Assembly (NCBI RefSeq): GCF_017348835.2
Contig: NZ_CP072315.1
Direction: 5' to 3' (one strand)
DNA: 64,000 nt
Source of the DNA: Escherichia coli
Lineage (GTDB): Bacteria > Pseudomonadota > Gammaproteobacteria > Enterobacterales > Enterobacteriaceae
Part shown: positions 49,010 to 59,074 of the stretch, in pieces
Numbering within the stretch: the first letter of the stretch is position 1
Layout: the number at the start of each line of letters is the position of its first letter
Notes under the pieces: generated by a model
Seen by the model: only the letters and a program-made list of their open reading frames with translations
Database searches by the model: none
What the model was told of the DNA's origin: nothing
Made by a program: the position numbers and the translations under genes

Positions 49010-49160
49010 CTAACGGTGTTCTCGTGACAGCTCTTTGACTAGGCTTTCTAAGGCCATTCTGATAGCCCTGACTTCCTGAAAAGCCATGGCTAAAATTTGT
49101 GCGGCTAAAAGGGATAACCGATGGTAAAGTAAGTTATCCCTGTCGAGATACTGAAAAGCG

Positions 49161-50738
49161 TTATCCTCGTTTTTCCCAAAACTGTTTTGCCAGTTCGCTC
49201 AGAGCGCTAGTTAACTGAGCGACAGATTTCGCACTTTGCAAATTATTCTGCCCGGTCTGTACATTGGTATCAGCAGCATCGCGTATATTGATAATACTGC
49301 GGTTTATGTCTTCACTTACTGCTCCCTGCTGCTCGACCGCAGTCGCTATTTGCGCGTTCATGTCGGTAATTTCGTTAACGCGTTGGCCAATTCCATCAAG
49401 AGCTGTAGCTGCTTCCTCTGCGTGAGCTACACTCGTGTGCGCTTGCCGACTACTTTGCTCCATGACTGTAACAGCGGATTGCGCTCGCTCTTGTAGAGCG
49501 CTGATCATGCTTTGAATATCCGTTGTCGATTGCTGTGTGCGAGCAGCAAGACTGCGAACCTCATCGGCGACAACAGCAAAACCACGCCCCTGCTCACCAG
49601 CACGCGCGGCCTCAATTGCTGCGTTGAGTGCCAACAAATTCGTTTGCTCGGCGATCCCTCGTATAACGTCAAGAACTTTTGATATCTCGTTACTTTGACC
49701 TTCAAGCTCATGAATAACCTGAGTGGCTTGCCTAATTTCACCTTCAAGGGCAGTGATTGACTGGCTTGTGTGGGCTACCAGACGCTGGCCAGATGCCGTC
49801 TCAGTGTCTGCTCTTCCGGCCGCATCTGCAGCATGCTGTGCATTGCTCGCAACCTCTTGAATGCTTGCCACCATTTGGTTTACTGCCGTTGCTATTTGAT
49901 CTGTCTCTGCCTGCTGCTCAACTGTAAGTACATTGCTTGACTCAATATCCTTTAGTAGGCCTCGGGTGTGTTCGCTAAGCCGATTTGATGCATCACCTAT
50001 GCGACCTACTATGGCGCCTGTTTCAGCTTGCATCATTCGTAAAGCAAACTCTATTTGGCCAAACTCATCGGTGCGCCCAGTGTAGAGGGATTGACTTAAT
50101 GGGTTATTGGAAATATTCCTGGCTCTTTCAACCAGTCTTCCAAGAGGAGAGAGAATAGCCAAAACACTAACAGAGCTTAAGCTTCCTGACATTAAAGTGG
50201 CTAACAATAAGCTGCTTATTGATGTATCAGTAAGCATGCCGGCAGCCATTGCGCTTGATATAATACTACCCCATATGAGCAAGAGTATTTTCACGGAAAA
50301 GCTAGCAGCCAATTTCGGCCTCGCGGCCTTCCCGCTTCTCAATTGAGCATATAATTTTTCCGCAGCCAAAACCTGCTCAGGTTCAGGCTTGGTCCTTACA
50401 GACTGGTATTCAACAATCGAACCATTCTTAGCTATTGGCGTTACATAAGCACTTACCCAATAGTGGTCGCCATTTTTACAGCGATTTTTTACTAGCCCCA
50501 TCCATGAGCGGCCAGATTTTAATGTACTCCACATATGCTCAAATGCAGCAGGCGGCATATCTGGGTGTCTTACGATGTTGTGAGGCTGGCCTAATAGTTC
50601 TTCCTCAGTGAAACCACTGATTTTAATGAAGTCAGGATTAACGTACGTGATATGGCTTTGAGGGGAGGTAGTCGAAAGAATATTGGCATCTTTTGGGAGT
50701 TCTAAGTTTCGACCCGTCACTGGTAAATTCTGGCGCAT
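49161..50738 (-). CDS. Methyl-accepting chemotaxis-like protein (Tn1721 orfI-type) with N-terminal PAS-like region
   Basis: 525 aa from [20 protein letters not shown] signalling-domain character; the 730-aa track ORF is a fusion with antisense IS26 sequence. Confidence 0.8.
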   Translation of the reverse strand: MRQNLPVTGRNLELPKDANILSTTSPQSHITYVNPDFIKISGFTEEELLGQPHNIVRHPDMPPAAFEHMWSTLKSGRSWMGLVKNRCKNGDHYWVSAYVTPIAKNGSIVEYQSVRTKPEPEQVLAAEKLYAQLRSGKAARPKLAASFSVKILLLIWGSIISSAMAAGMLTDTSISSLLLATLMSGSLSSVSVLAILSPLGRLVERARNISNNPLSQSLYTGRTDEFGQIEFALRMMQAETGAIVGRIGDASNRLSEHTRGLLKDIESSNVLTVEQQAETDQIATAVNQMVASIQEVASNAQHAADAAGRADTETASGQRLVAHTSQSITALEGEIRQATQVIHELEGQSNEISKVLDVIRGIAEQTNLLALNAAIEAARAGEQGRGFAVVADEVRSLAARTQQSTTDIQSMISALQERAQSAVTVMEQSSRQAHTSVAHAEEAATALDGIGQRVNEITDMNAQIATAVEQQGAVSEDINRSIINIRDAADTNVQTGQNNLQSAKSVAQLTSALSELAKQFWEKRG

Positions 50739-50762
50739 AAGAACCTCAAGGGTTGGCTGTTT

Positions 50763-51582
50763 GGCACTGTTGCAAATAGTCGGTGGTGATAAACTTATCA
50801 TCCCCTTTTGCTGATGGAGCTGCACATGAACCCATTCAAAGGCCGGCATTTTCAGCGTGACATCATTCTGTGGGCCGTACGCTGGTACTGCAAATACGGC
50901 ATCAGTTACCGTGAGCTGCAGGAGATGCTGGCTGAACGCGGAGTGAATGTCGATCACTCCACGATTTACCGCTGGGTTCAGCGTTATGCGCCTGAAATGG
51001 AAAAACGGCTGCGCTGGTACTGGCGTAACCCTTCCGATCTTTGCCCGTGGCACATGGATGAAACCTACGTGAAGGTCAATGGCCGCTGGGCGTATCTGTA
51101 CCGGGCCGTCGACAGCCGGGGCCGCACTGTCGATTTTTATCTCTCCTCCCGTCGTAACAGCAAAGCTGCATACCGGTTTCTGGGTAAAATCCTCAACAAC
51201 GTGAAGAAGTGGCAGATCCCGCGATTCATCAACACGGATAAAGCGCCCGCCTATGGTCGCGCGCTTGCTCTGCTCAAACGCGAAGGCCGGTGCCCGTCTG
51301 ACGTTGAACACCGACAGATTAAGTACCGGAACAACGTGATTGAATGCGATCATGGCAAACTGAAACGGATAATCGGCGCCACGCTGGGATTTAAATCCAT
51401 GAAGACGGCTTACGCCACCATCAAAGGTATTGAGGTGATGCGTGCACTACGCAAAGGCCAGGCCTCAGCATTTTATTATGGTGATCCCCTGGGCGAAATG
51501 CGCCTGGTAAGCAGAGTTTTTGAAATGTAAGGCCTTTGAATAAGACAAAAGGCTGCCTCATCGCTAACTTTGCAACAGTGCC
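50763..51582 (+). mobile_element. IS26 copy 4 (820 bp)
   Basis: Both 14-bp ends; lies 24 bp upstream of the mcp start codon. Confidence 0.95.
50826..51530 (+). CDS. tnp26: IS26 transposase Tnp26 (Gly at position 184)
   Basis: 234 aa; KRIIGATLG. Confidence 0.9.
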   Translation: MNPFKGRHFQRDIILWAVRWYCKYGISYRELQEMLAERGVNVDHSTIYRWVQRYAPEMEKRLRWYWRNPSDLCPWHMDETYVKVNGRWAYLYRAVDSRGRTVDFYLSSRRNSKAAYRFLGKILNNVKKWQIPRFINTDKAPAYGRALALLKREGRCPSDVEHRQIKYRNNVIECDHGKLKRIIGATLGFKSMKTAYATIKGIEVMRALRKGQASAFYYGDPLGEMRLVSRVFEM

Positions 51583-51778
51583 GCGCGACGAGCAGCAGCA
51601 CCAGGAGCAGAAGCACGTCGAGAAAAAGCAACAGCAGATCGAGCAGCGCCCACGGCGGGCCGCTCGCATCGGATAAGTCGAAAAATCCGGCTAAAGTGGC
51701 CGAGCTGCACATCAGGCCGCGCGGTTTTCCTCCCTGATCGCCGGCGCGGTTTCTTCCTCCCTGAACCGCATGCAGACT

Positions 51779-51812
51779 TGCCGCCTCGGACACCCCGAGG
51801 CGGTTTTTTTTC
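51779..51812 (+). terminator. Rho-independent terminator
   Basis: Hairpin CCGCCTCGG-ACACC-CCGAGGCGG followed by eight T residues. Confidence 0.7.
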
Positions 51813-51823
51813 GCCTCGCTCGA

Positions 51824-52037
51824 GCATCGCCGCATCCGACGATGCCGAGACGACCAGGCCGCGCACGTCGAGCTGCAGCATCGCCATTGCCGACGATGGC
51901 ACCAGGTCGCCGGCGGTGGCCACCGACCTCGAGCTCGCATCGCCACATCCGACGATGCGCGCCGGCGTCGACCATCGCCAGGTCTGACGATGGCGGCCGC
52001 CCTGCCCTGGATCTCGCATCGCCATTTCTGGCGATGA
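51824..52037 (+). repeat. Five iterated about 22-bp partly palindromic sites (GCATCG-N10-CGATGC type)
   Basis: Copies at 51824, 51877, 51937, 51972 and 52016, upstream of the serine recombinase gene. Confidence 0.7.
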
Positions 52038-52161
52038 GATCCACGGAGCGGCCATTTAGACCCGCCAATAACGACCCGGCCAAGATAAATCGCATGACGG
52101 CCTTTTTGGCCGGGGGTAGCATGACCGGACACTTTGCGTATGCCCAAAGGAGCCCGCAAGT

Positions 52162-52899
52162 ATGCGCAGGACGAAGCCAGTAGCCGCGCCGATGGTGGCG
52201 CGGGTCTATCTGCGCGTCAGCACCGACGCGCAGGACTTGGAACGCCAAGAGGCGATCACTACGGCCGCGAAGGCCGCCGGCTACTACGTCGCCGGCATCT
52301 ACCGTGAGAAGGCATCCGGCGCACGCGCCGACCGGCCTGAGCTGCTGCGCATGATCGGCGACCTACAGCCCGGCGAGGTGGTCATTGCCGAGAAGATCGA
52401 CCGCATCAGCCGCCTACCTTTGCCCGAGGCCGAGCGCCTGGTGGCCTCGATACAGGCCAAAGGCGCAAGCCTGGCCGTCCCTGGCGTGGTCGATCTATCC
52501 GACCTGGCGGCCGAGGCCCAGGGCGTCGCCAAGATCGTGCTGGAAGCCGTGCAGATCATGCTTTTTCGCCTGGCCTTGCAGATGGCCCGCGACGACTACG
52601 AGGACAGGCGCGAACGCCAGCGCCAAGGCATTGAGTTGGCCCGCCAGGCCGGGCGGTACAAGGGCCGCCGTGCTGATCCGAAGCGCCGCGCCCAAGTTGT
52701 CGCGCTGCGCAAGTCCGGCTACAGCATCAACAAGACCGCCGAGCTGGCCGGGTACAGTGCGGCCCAGGTGAAACGGATATGGGCCGAGGTCAGCCAGGCC
52801 GAAGCGAAGCAGCACGGCGCGTTCGTGGAGGACGCATTGACGGAAGCCGATGCCCTGGCCGCTGTCGGCCAGGATGAGCGCCAGGAGGAAAGGGCATGA
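52162..52899 (+). CDS. Serine recombinase (resolvase/invertase family)
   Basis: 245-aa ORF with N-terminal catalytic-domain character (YLRVSTDAQDLERQ) and a C-terminal HTH; alternative start near 52192. Confidence 0.7.
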   Translation: MRRTKPVAAPMVARVYLRVSTDAQDLERQEAITTAAKAAGYYVAGIYREKASGARADRPELLRMIGDLQPGEVVIAEKIDRISRLPLPEAERLVASIQAKGASLAVPGVVDLSDLAAEAQGVAKIVLEAVQIMLFRLALQMARDDYEDRRERQRQGIELARQAGRYKGRRADPKRRAQVVALRKSGYSINKTAELAGYSAAQVKRIWAEVSQAEAKQHGAFVEDALTEADALAAVGQDERQEERA

Positions 52900-53120
52900 A
52901 GAAGCCGAACCAAGACGACGAGCCGTTTTTCATCACCGAGGAGATTGCGGCCGAAATGATCGCCGGCGGCTATGAGTTCGAGCTGCCGCCCATTCCTTGC
53001 ACCATCCGCCTACGCGACGTGCTGGAGCGCATGACCGATGCTGAGCTAGCATTGCAGCCGGGCGAGATCGCCGACCAGGAGCGTGAACGCTGCCGGCGCA
53101 AGCCGTGTTCAACCTCATGA
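52896..53120 (+). CDS. Hypothetical small protein
   Basis: 74-aa ORF overlapping the recombinase stop (ATGA). Confidence 0.3.
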   Translation: MKKPNQDDEPFFITEEIAAEMIAGGYEFELPPIPCTIRLRDVLERMTDAELALQPGEIADQERERCRRKPCSTS

Positions 53121-53213
53121 TCTGGTCATGGTATTTTTCATGGCACTGAGCCTGATAGTTCTTGCAAATTGTTGTCACTAAAGGGTTTTGTGTGCTTGTT
53201 TACAATCGAGTGG

Positions 53214-54850
53214 GAGTGACGGGCACTGGCTGGCAATGTCTAGCAACGGCAGGCATTTCGGCTGAGGGTAAAAGAACTTTCCGCTAAGCGATAGACTGTA
53301 TGTAAACACAGTATTGCAAGGACGCGGAACATGCCTCATGTGGCGGCCAGGACGGCCAGCCGGGATCGGGATACTGGTCGTTACCAGAGCCACCGACCCG
53401 AGCAAACCCTTCTCTATCAGATCGTTGACGAGTATTACCCGGCATTCGCTGCGCTTATGGCAGAGCAGGGAAAGGAATTGCCGGGCTATGTGCAACGGGA
53501 ATTTGAAGAATTTCTCCAATGCGGGCGGCTGGAGCATGGCTTTCTACGGGTTCGCTGCGAGTCTTGCCACGCCGAGCACCTGGTCGCTTTCAGCTGTAAG
53601 CGTCGCGGTTTCTGCCCGAGCTGTGGGGCGCGGCGGATGGCCGAAAGTGCCGCCTTGCTGGTTGATGAAGTACTGCCTGAACAACCCATGCGTCAGTGGG
53701 TGTTGAGCTTCCCGTTTCAGCTGCGTTTCCTGTTTGCCAGCCGGCCCGAGATCATGGGGTGGGTGCTGGGCATCGTTTACCGCGTCATTGCCACGCACCT
53801 GGTCAAGAAAGCGGGCCATACCCACCAAGTGGCCAAGACGGGCGCGGTCACCCTGATCCAGCGTTTTGGATCGGCGCTCAATCTGAATGTTCACTTCCAC
53901 ATGCTGTTTCTCGACGGTGTGTATGTCGAGCAATCCCACGGCTCAGCGCGTTTCCGCTGGGTCAAGGCGCCGACCAGCCCAGAGCTCACCCAGCTGACGC
54001 ACACCATCGCCCACCGGGTGGGTCGCTATCTGGAACGGCAAGGCCTGCTGGAACGGGATGTCGAAAACAGCTATCTGGCCTCGGATGCGGTGGATGACGA
54101 CCCGATGACACCCCTGCTGGGGCACTCGATCACTTACCGTATCGCTGTCGGTTCACAGGCGGGGCGAAAGGTGTTCACTTTGCAAACTCTGCCGACCAGT
54201 GGTGATCCGTTCGGTGACGGGATTGGCAAGGTAGCCGGGTCCAGCCTGCACGCCGGCGTGGCGGCCAGGGCCGATGAACGCAAGAAGCTCGAACGGCTGT
54301 GCCGGTACATCAGCCGCCCGGCGGTATCCGAGAAGCGGCTGTCGTTAACACGAGGCGGCAACGTGCGCTACCAGCTCAAGACGCCGTACCGGGACGGCAC
54401 CACGCACGTCATTTTCGAACCATTGGATTTCATTGCAAGGCTGGCCGCCCTGGTACCGAAGCCCAGAGTCAACCTAACCCGCTTCCACGGGGTGTTCGCA
54501 CCCAACAGTCGGCACCGGGCGTTGGTCACGCCGGCAAAACGGGGCAGGGGCAACAAGGTCAGGGTGGCTGATGAACCGGCAACACCAGCACAACGGCGAG
54601 CGTCGATGACATGGGCGCAACGGCTCAAGCGTGTTTTCAATATCGACATCGAGACCTGCAGCGGCTGCGGCGGCGCCATGAAAGTCATCGCCTGCATTGA
54701 AGACCCTATAGTGATCAAGCAGATCCTTGATCACCTGAAGCACAAAGCCGAAACCAGCGGGACCAGGGCGTTACCCGAAAGCCGGGCGCCACCGGCTGAG
54801 CTGCTCCTGGGTCTGTTTGACTGACGAGCCTGAAGGCCAACGATACCAAT
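53214..54850 (+). mobile_element. ISCR2 (IS91-like rolling-circle element); 3' boundary approximate
   Basis: Contains the ISCR2-type transposase gene; its first 305 bp are duplicated at 57498-57802. Confidence 0.75.
53331..54824 (+). CDS. ISCR2 transposase (IS91 family)
   Basis: 497-aa ORF MPHVAARTASRDRDTGRYQSHRPEQTLLYQ…. Confidence 0.85.
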   Translation: MPHVAARTASRDRDTGRYQSHRPEQTLLYQIVDEYYPAFAALMAEQGKELPGYVQREFEEFLQCGRLEHGFLRVRCESCHAEHLVAFSCKRRGFCPSCGARRMAESAALLVDEVLPEQPMRQWVLSFPFQLRFLFASRPEIMGWVLGIVYRVIATHLVKKAGHTHQVAKTGAVTLIQRFGSALNLNVHFHMLFLDGVYVEQSHGSARFRWVKAPTSPELTQLTHTIAHRVGRYLERQGLLERDVENSYLASDAVDDDPMTPLLGHSITYRIAVGSQAGRKVFTLQTLPTSGDPFGDGIGKVAGSSLHAGVAARADERKKLERLCRYISRPAVSEKRLSLTRGGNVRYQLKTPYRDGTTHVIFEPLDFIARLAALVPKPRVNLTRFHGVFAPNSRHRALVTPAKRGRGNKVRVADEPATPAQRRASMTWAQRLKRVFNIDIETCSGCGGAMKVIACIEDPIVIKQILDHLKHKAETSGTRALPESRAPPAELLLGLFD

Positions 54851-54854
54851 CAAA

Positions 54855-55739
54855 ATGCTGCGTTCACAGCGCCGCGGCAGGGATCCGCCGTGCTGGTTGT
54901 CGGAAAAGGAGCCGCTAGTGGGAAAGAGGAGGGTAAATTTTCAGCGTTGCTGGCTCCCCGTCAGCCGGATTGGGTTGCATCGCAGGGGTGTCGAAAGAGT
55001 CAACTGCGGTCCAAAGCTGTTGGACTTGGGTGAAAAGGGCGTTTATTCTTCCTATACGTGCCGCGTTCCAGGCGGCGACTATGAGGGCTATGTCGATGCC
55101 CATGTGCGCCGGCTGGAGGCGCTACGCCGGGCCGGTATCGTCGAGCGGATCGACGCCGACCAATGGCGCATCCCCAATGATCTGGTCAGCCGTGCCGCCG
55201 CCCATGACGCCGGCCGAGACAGTCAGGCCAGCGTTCGCGTCCTTTCCCCGGTCGATCTGAACAAACAGATCGGATCGGACGGCGCGACCTGGCTGGACCG
55301 GCGGCTGATCCACGGCGAGACGGCCGACCTTGCGCCAACCGGCTTCGGGCAACAAGTCCGCGAAGCCATGGACCAGCGCCGCGAGCACCATATCGAACAG
55401 GGCGACGCCACCCGCAGCCGGGACAGCCGCGTCTTCTACCGGCGCAACCTTCTCGCCATCCTGCGGGAGCGCGAGGTAGCCGGCGTCGGATCGGATATGG
55501 CTTTGAGTAAGGGCCTGCCGTTCCGCGCCGCCACGGACGGCGAGAGCGTCAGCGGCAAGTTTACCGGAACCGTGCATCTATCGAGCGGCAAGTTCGCCGT
55601 GGTCGAGAAATCCCATGAGTTCACCCTTGTCCCGTGGCGGCCGATCATCGACCGCCAACTCGGCCGCGAGGTTATGGGCATCGTGCAGGGCGGGTCGGTG
55701 TCGTGGCAGTTAGGGCGGCAGAGGGGGCTGGAACGCTGA
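54855..55739 (+). pseudogene. Truncated VirD2-like relaxase fragment of the floR module
   Basis: 294-aa ORF between ISCR2 and floR; assignment from the familiar ISCR2-virD2-fragment-floR-lysR context. Confidence 0.55.
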
Positions 55740-55955
55740 GTGCGCCCATGCCGCATTGCGAAGCAAAAGATAATCGGATAAAATGTAGCAATTCATATTC
55801 GTAAGCGTGGAGTAATCAGATGGGAAATTCCAAGTCAGCAGACAAGTAAGCCGCAACAACCAGTATTGTTGTTGCGGCGCTCTGTAAGGCTAGTCTCATC
55901 TGATTGCTGACGAGCAGACGTCGCCCGGTATTCCTTAATCGAGGGTTGATTCGTC

Positions 55956-57170
55956 ATGACCACCACACGCCCCGCGTGGGCCTATACGCTGCCGGCAGCA
56001 CTGCTGCTGATGGCTCCTTTCGACATCCTCGCTTCACTGGCGATGGATATTTATCTCCCTGTCGTTCCAGCGATGCCCGGCATCCTGAACACGACGCCCG
56101 CTATGATCCAACTCACGTTGAGCCTCTATATGGTGATGCTCGGCGTGGGCCAGGTGATTTTTGGTCCGCTCTCAGACAGAATCGGGCGACGGCCAATTCT
56201 ACTTGCGGGCGCAACGGCTTTCGTCATTGCGTCTCTGGGAGCAGCTTGGTCTTCAACTGCACCGGCCTTTGTCGCTTTCCGTCTACTTCAAGCAGTGGGC
56301 GCGTCGGCCATGCTGGTGGCGACGTTCGCGACGGTTCGCGACGTTTATGCCAACCGTCCTGAGGGTGTCGTCATCTACGGCCTTTTCAGTTCGATGCTGG
56401 CGTTCGTGCCTGCGCTCGGCCCTATCGCCGGAACATTGATCGGCGAGTTCTTGGGATGGCAGGCGATATTCATTACTTTGGCTATACTGGCGATGCTCGC
56501 ACTCCTAAATGCGGGTTTCAGGTGGCACGAAACCCGCCCTCTGGATCAAGTCAAGACGCGCCGATCTGTCTTGCCGATCTTCGCGAGTCCGGCTTTTTGG
56601 GTTTACACTGTCGGCTTTAGCGCCGGTATGGGCACCTACTTCGTCTTCTTCTCGACGGCTCCCCGTGTGCTCATAGGCCAAGCGGAATATTCCGAGATCG
56701 GATTCAGCTTTGCCTTCGCCACTGTCGCGCTTGTAATGATCGTGACAACCCGTTTCGCGAAGTCCTTTGTCGCCAGATGGGGCATCGCAGGATGCGTGGC
56801 GCGTGGGATGGCGTTGCTTGTTTGCGGAGCGGTCCTGTTGGGGATCGGCGAACTTTACGGCTCGCCGTCATTCCTCACCTTCATCCTACCGATGTGGGTT
56901 GTCGCGGTCGGTATTGTCTTCACGGTGTCCGTTACCGCGAACGGCGCTTTGGCAGAGTTCGACGACATCGCGGGATCAGCGGTCGCGTTCTACTTCTGCG
57001 TTCAAAGCCTGATAGTCAGCATTGTCGGGACATTGGCGGTGGCACTTTTAAACGGTGACACAGCGTGGCCCGTGATCTGTTACGCCACGGCGATGGCGGT
57101 ACTGGTTTCGTTGGGGCTGGTGCTCCTTCGGCTCCGTGGGGCTGCCACCGAGAAGTCGCCAGTCGTCTAA
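55956..57170 (+). CDS. floR: Florfenicol/chloramphenicol MFS exporter FloR
   Basis: 404 aa MTTTRPAWAYTLPAALLLMAPFDILASLAMDIYLPVV…. Confidence 0.95.
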   Translation: MTTTRPAWAYTLPAALLLMAPFDILASLAMDIYLPVVPAMPGILNTTPAMIQLTLSLYMVMLGVGQVIFGPLSDRIGRRPILLAGATAFVIASLGAAWSSTAPAFVAFRLLQAVGASAMLVATFATVRDVYANRPEGVVIYGLFSSMLAFVPALGPIAGTLIGEFLGWQAIFITLAILAMLALLNAGFRWHETRPLDQVKTRRSVLPIFASPAFWVYTVGFSAGMGTYFVFFSTAPRVLIGQAEYSEIGFSFAFATVALVMIVTTRFAKSFVARWGIAGCVARGMALLVCGAVLLGIGELYGSPSFLTFILPMWVVAVGIVFTVSVTANGALAEFDDIAGSAVAFYFCVQSLIVSIVGTLAVALLNGDTAWPVICYATAMAVLVSLGLVLLRLRGAATEKSPVV

Positions 57171-57197
57171 CCGACGACTGGTAGCAGGCCCGCTCCG

Positions 57198-57503
57198 ATG
57201 CGGCGCACTAACCATCGAAACCTCGTGAATGTCGGTATCCTGTCTGGCAGGATACCGCTCATTTCCCTTGTTCAGTTCATCGCCGTCGCCGAGCATCTGA
57301 ATTTTCGGCATGCGGCCAAGGCACTTGGTATCAGCCAGTCGAGCGTCAGCGCGCGTGTGAAAGCGCTGGAGGATAACCTTGGTGTCCTGCTATTTGAGCG
57401 CCATGCGCGGGGCGTTCGGCTAACAGACGCAGGCAGGCACTTCATGGAGCGTGTCACGGCGGGTGTCGATCAACTCGATCACGCAGTGAAGACCGCGGAG
57501 TGA
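57198..57503 (+). pseudogene. lysR: Truncated LysR-family regulator
   Basis: 101 aa with LysR HTH only; cut off by the ISCR2 5' fragment. Confidence 0.75.
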
Positions 57504-57802
57504 CGGGCACTGGCTGGCAATGTCTAGCAACGGCAGGCATTTCGGCTGAGGGTAAAAGAACTTTCCGCTAAGCGATAGACTGTATGTAAACACAGTATTG
57601 CAAGGACGCGGAACATGCCTCATGTGGCGGCCAGGACGGCCAGCCGGGATCGGGATACTGGTCGTTACCAGAGCCACCGACCCGAGCAAACCCTTCTCTA
57701 TCAGATCGTTGACGAGTATTACCCGGCATTCGCTGCGCTTATGGCAGAGCAGGGAAAGGAATTGCCGGGCTATGTGCAACGGGAATTTGAAGAATTTCTC
57801 CA
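57498..57802 (+). mobile_element. ISCR2 5' fragment (305-bp direct repeat of 53214-53518)
   Basis: Identical by eye to the start of the complete ISCR2, including the first 63 codons of its transposase. Confidence 0.85.
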
Positions 57803-58969
57803 AAGCCCGCGACGCAGCGCCGGCAGGCAGAGCAAGTAGAGGGCAGCGCCTGCAATCCATGCCCACCCGTTCCACGTTGTTATAGAAGCCGCATAGATCG
57901 CCGTGAAGAGGAGGGGTCCGACGATCGAGGTCAGGCTGGTGAGCGCCGCCAGTGAGCCTTGCAGCTGCCCCTGACGTTCCTCATCCACCTGCCTGGACAA
58001 CATTGCTTGCAGCGCCGGCATTCCGATGCCACCCGAAGCAAGCAGGACCATGATCGGGAACGCCATCCATCCCCGTGTCGCGAAGGCAAGCAGGATGTAG
58101 CCTGTGCCGTCGGCAATCATTCCGAGCATGAGTGCCCGCCTTTCGCCGAGCCGGGCGGCTACAGGGCCGGTGATCATTGCCTGGGCGAGTGAATGCAGAA
58201 TGCCAAATGCGGCAAGCGAAATGCCGATCGTGGTCGCGTCCCAGTGAAAGCGATCCTCGCCGAAAATGACCCAAAGCGCGGCCGGCACCTGTCCGACAAG
58301 TTGCATGATGAAGAAGACCGCCATCAGGGCGGCGACGACGGTCATGCCCCGGGCCCACCGGAACGAAGCGAGCGGGTTGAGAGCCTCCCGGCGTAACGGC
58401 CGGCGTTCGCCTTTGTGCGACTCCGGCAAAAGGAAACAGCCCGTCAGGAAATTGAGGCCGTTCAAGGCTGCCGCGGCGAAGAACGGAGCGTGGGGGGAGA
58501 AACCGCCCATCAGCCCACCGAGCACAGGTCCCGCGACCATCCCGAACCCGAAACAGGCGCTCATGAAGCCGAAGTGCCGCGCGCGCTCATCGCCATCAGT
58601 GATATCGGCAATATAAGCGCCGGCTACCGCCCCAGTCGCCCCGGTGATGCCGGCCACGATCCGCCCGATATAGAGAACCCAAAGGAAAGGCGTCGTCGCC
58701 ATGATGGCGTAGTCGACAGCAGCGCCGGCCAGCGAGACGAGCAAGACCGGCCGCCGCCCGAAACGATCCGACAGCGCGCCCAGCACAGGTGCGCAGGCAA
58801 ATTGCATCAACGCATACAGCGCCAGCAGAATGCCATAGTGGGCGGTGACGTCGTTCGAGTGAACCAGATCGCGCAGGAGGCCCGGCAGCACCGGCATAAT
58901 CAGGCCGATGCCGACAGCGTCGAGCGCGACAGTGCTCAGAATTACGATCAGGGGTCTGTTGGGTTTCAC
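57770..58969 (-). CDS. tetA(A): Tetracycline efflux protein TetA(A), 3' end replaced by ISCR2-derived sequence
   Basis: 399 aa from a GTG start (V)KPNRPLIVILSTVALDAVG…; the last 33 nt lie inside the ISCR2 fragment, giving a …RRGLWRNSSNSRCT C-terminus. Confidence 0.9.
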   Translation of the reverse strand: MKPNRPLIVILSTVALDAVGIGLIMPVLPGLLRDLVHSNDVTAHYGILLALYALMQFACAPVLGALSDRFGRRPVLLVSLAGAAVDYAIMATTPFLWVLYIGRIVAGITGATGAVAGAYIADITDGDERARHFGFMSACFGFGMVAGPVLGGLMGGFSPHAPFFAAAALNGLNFLTGCFLLPESHKGERRPLRREALNPLASFRWARGMTVVAALMAVFFIMQLVGQVPAALWVIFGEDRFHWDATTIGISLAAFGILHSLAQAMITGPVAARLGERRALMLGMIADGTGYILLAFATRGWMAFPIMVLLASGGIGMPALQAMLSRQVDEERQGQLQGSLAALTSLTSIVGPLLFTAIYAASITTWNGWAWIAGAALYLLCLPALRRGLWRNSSNSRCT

Positions 58970-59017
58970 GTCTGGCCTCCGGACCAGCCTCCGCTGGTCC
59001 GATTGAACGCGCGGATT

Positions 59018-59066
59018 CTTTATCACTGATAAGTTGGTGGACATATTATGTTTATCAGTGATAAAG
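59018..59066. promoter_or_regulatory. tet operator region (two palindromic operators) between tetA and tetR
   Basis: TTTATCACTGATAA and TTTATCAGTGATAAA palindromes in the divergent intergenic region. Confidence 0.8.
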
Positions 59067-59074
59067 TGTCAAGC

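Noticed and set aside
49161-51353. 730-aa ORF spanning the MCP gene and IS26
   Set aside because: Its N-terminal about 200 residues are an antisense frame through IS26 copy 4; the real gene starts at ATG 50738. The same antisense ORF recurs in every IS26 copy (for example 39309..39926 and 46786..47391) and is not called.
51421-52248. Overlapping ORFs of 137-227 aa in the GC-rich region upstream of the recombinase
   Set aside because: Arg/Ala/Pro-rich low-complexity translations typical of spurious frames; the region instead contains the iterated palindromes and a terminator.
57770-59044. 424-aa extended TetA ORF
   Set aside because: The first 25 codons run through the tet operator region; the GTG start at 58969 gives the standard 399-aa TetA(A) N-terminus.
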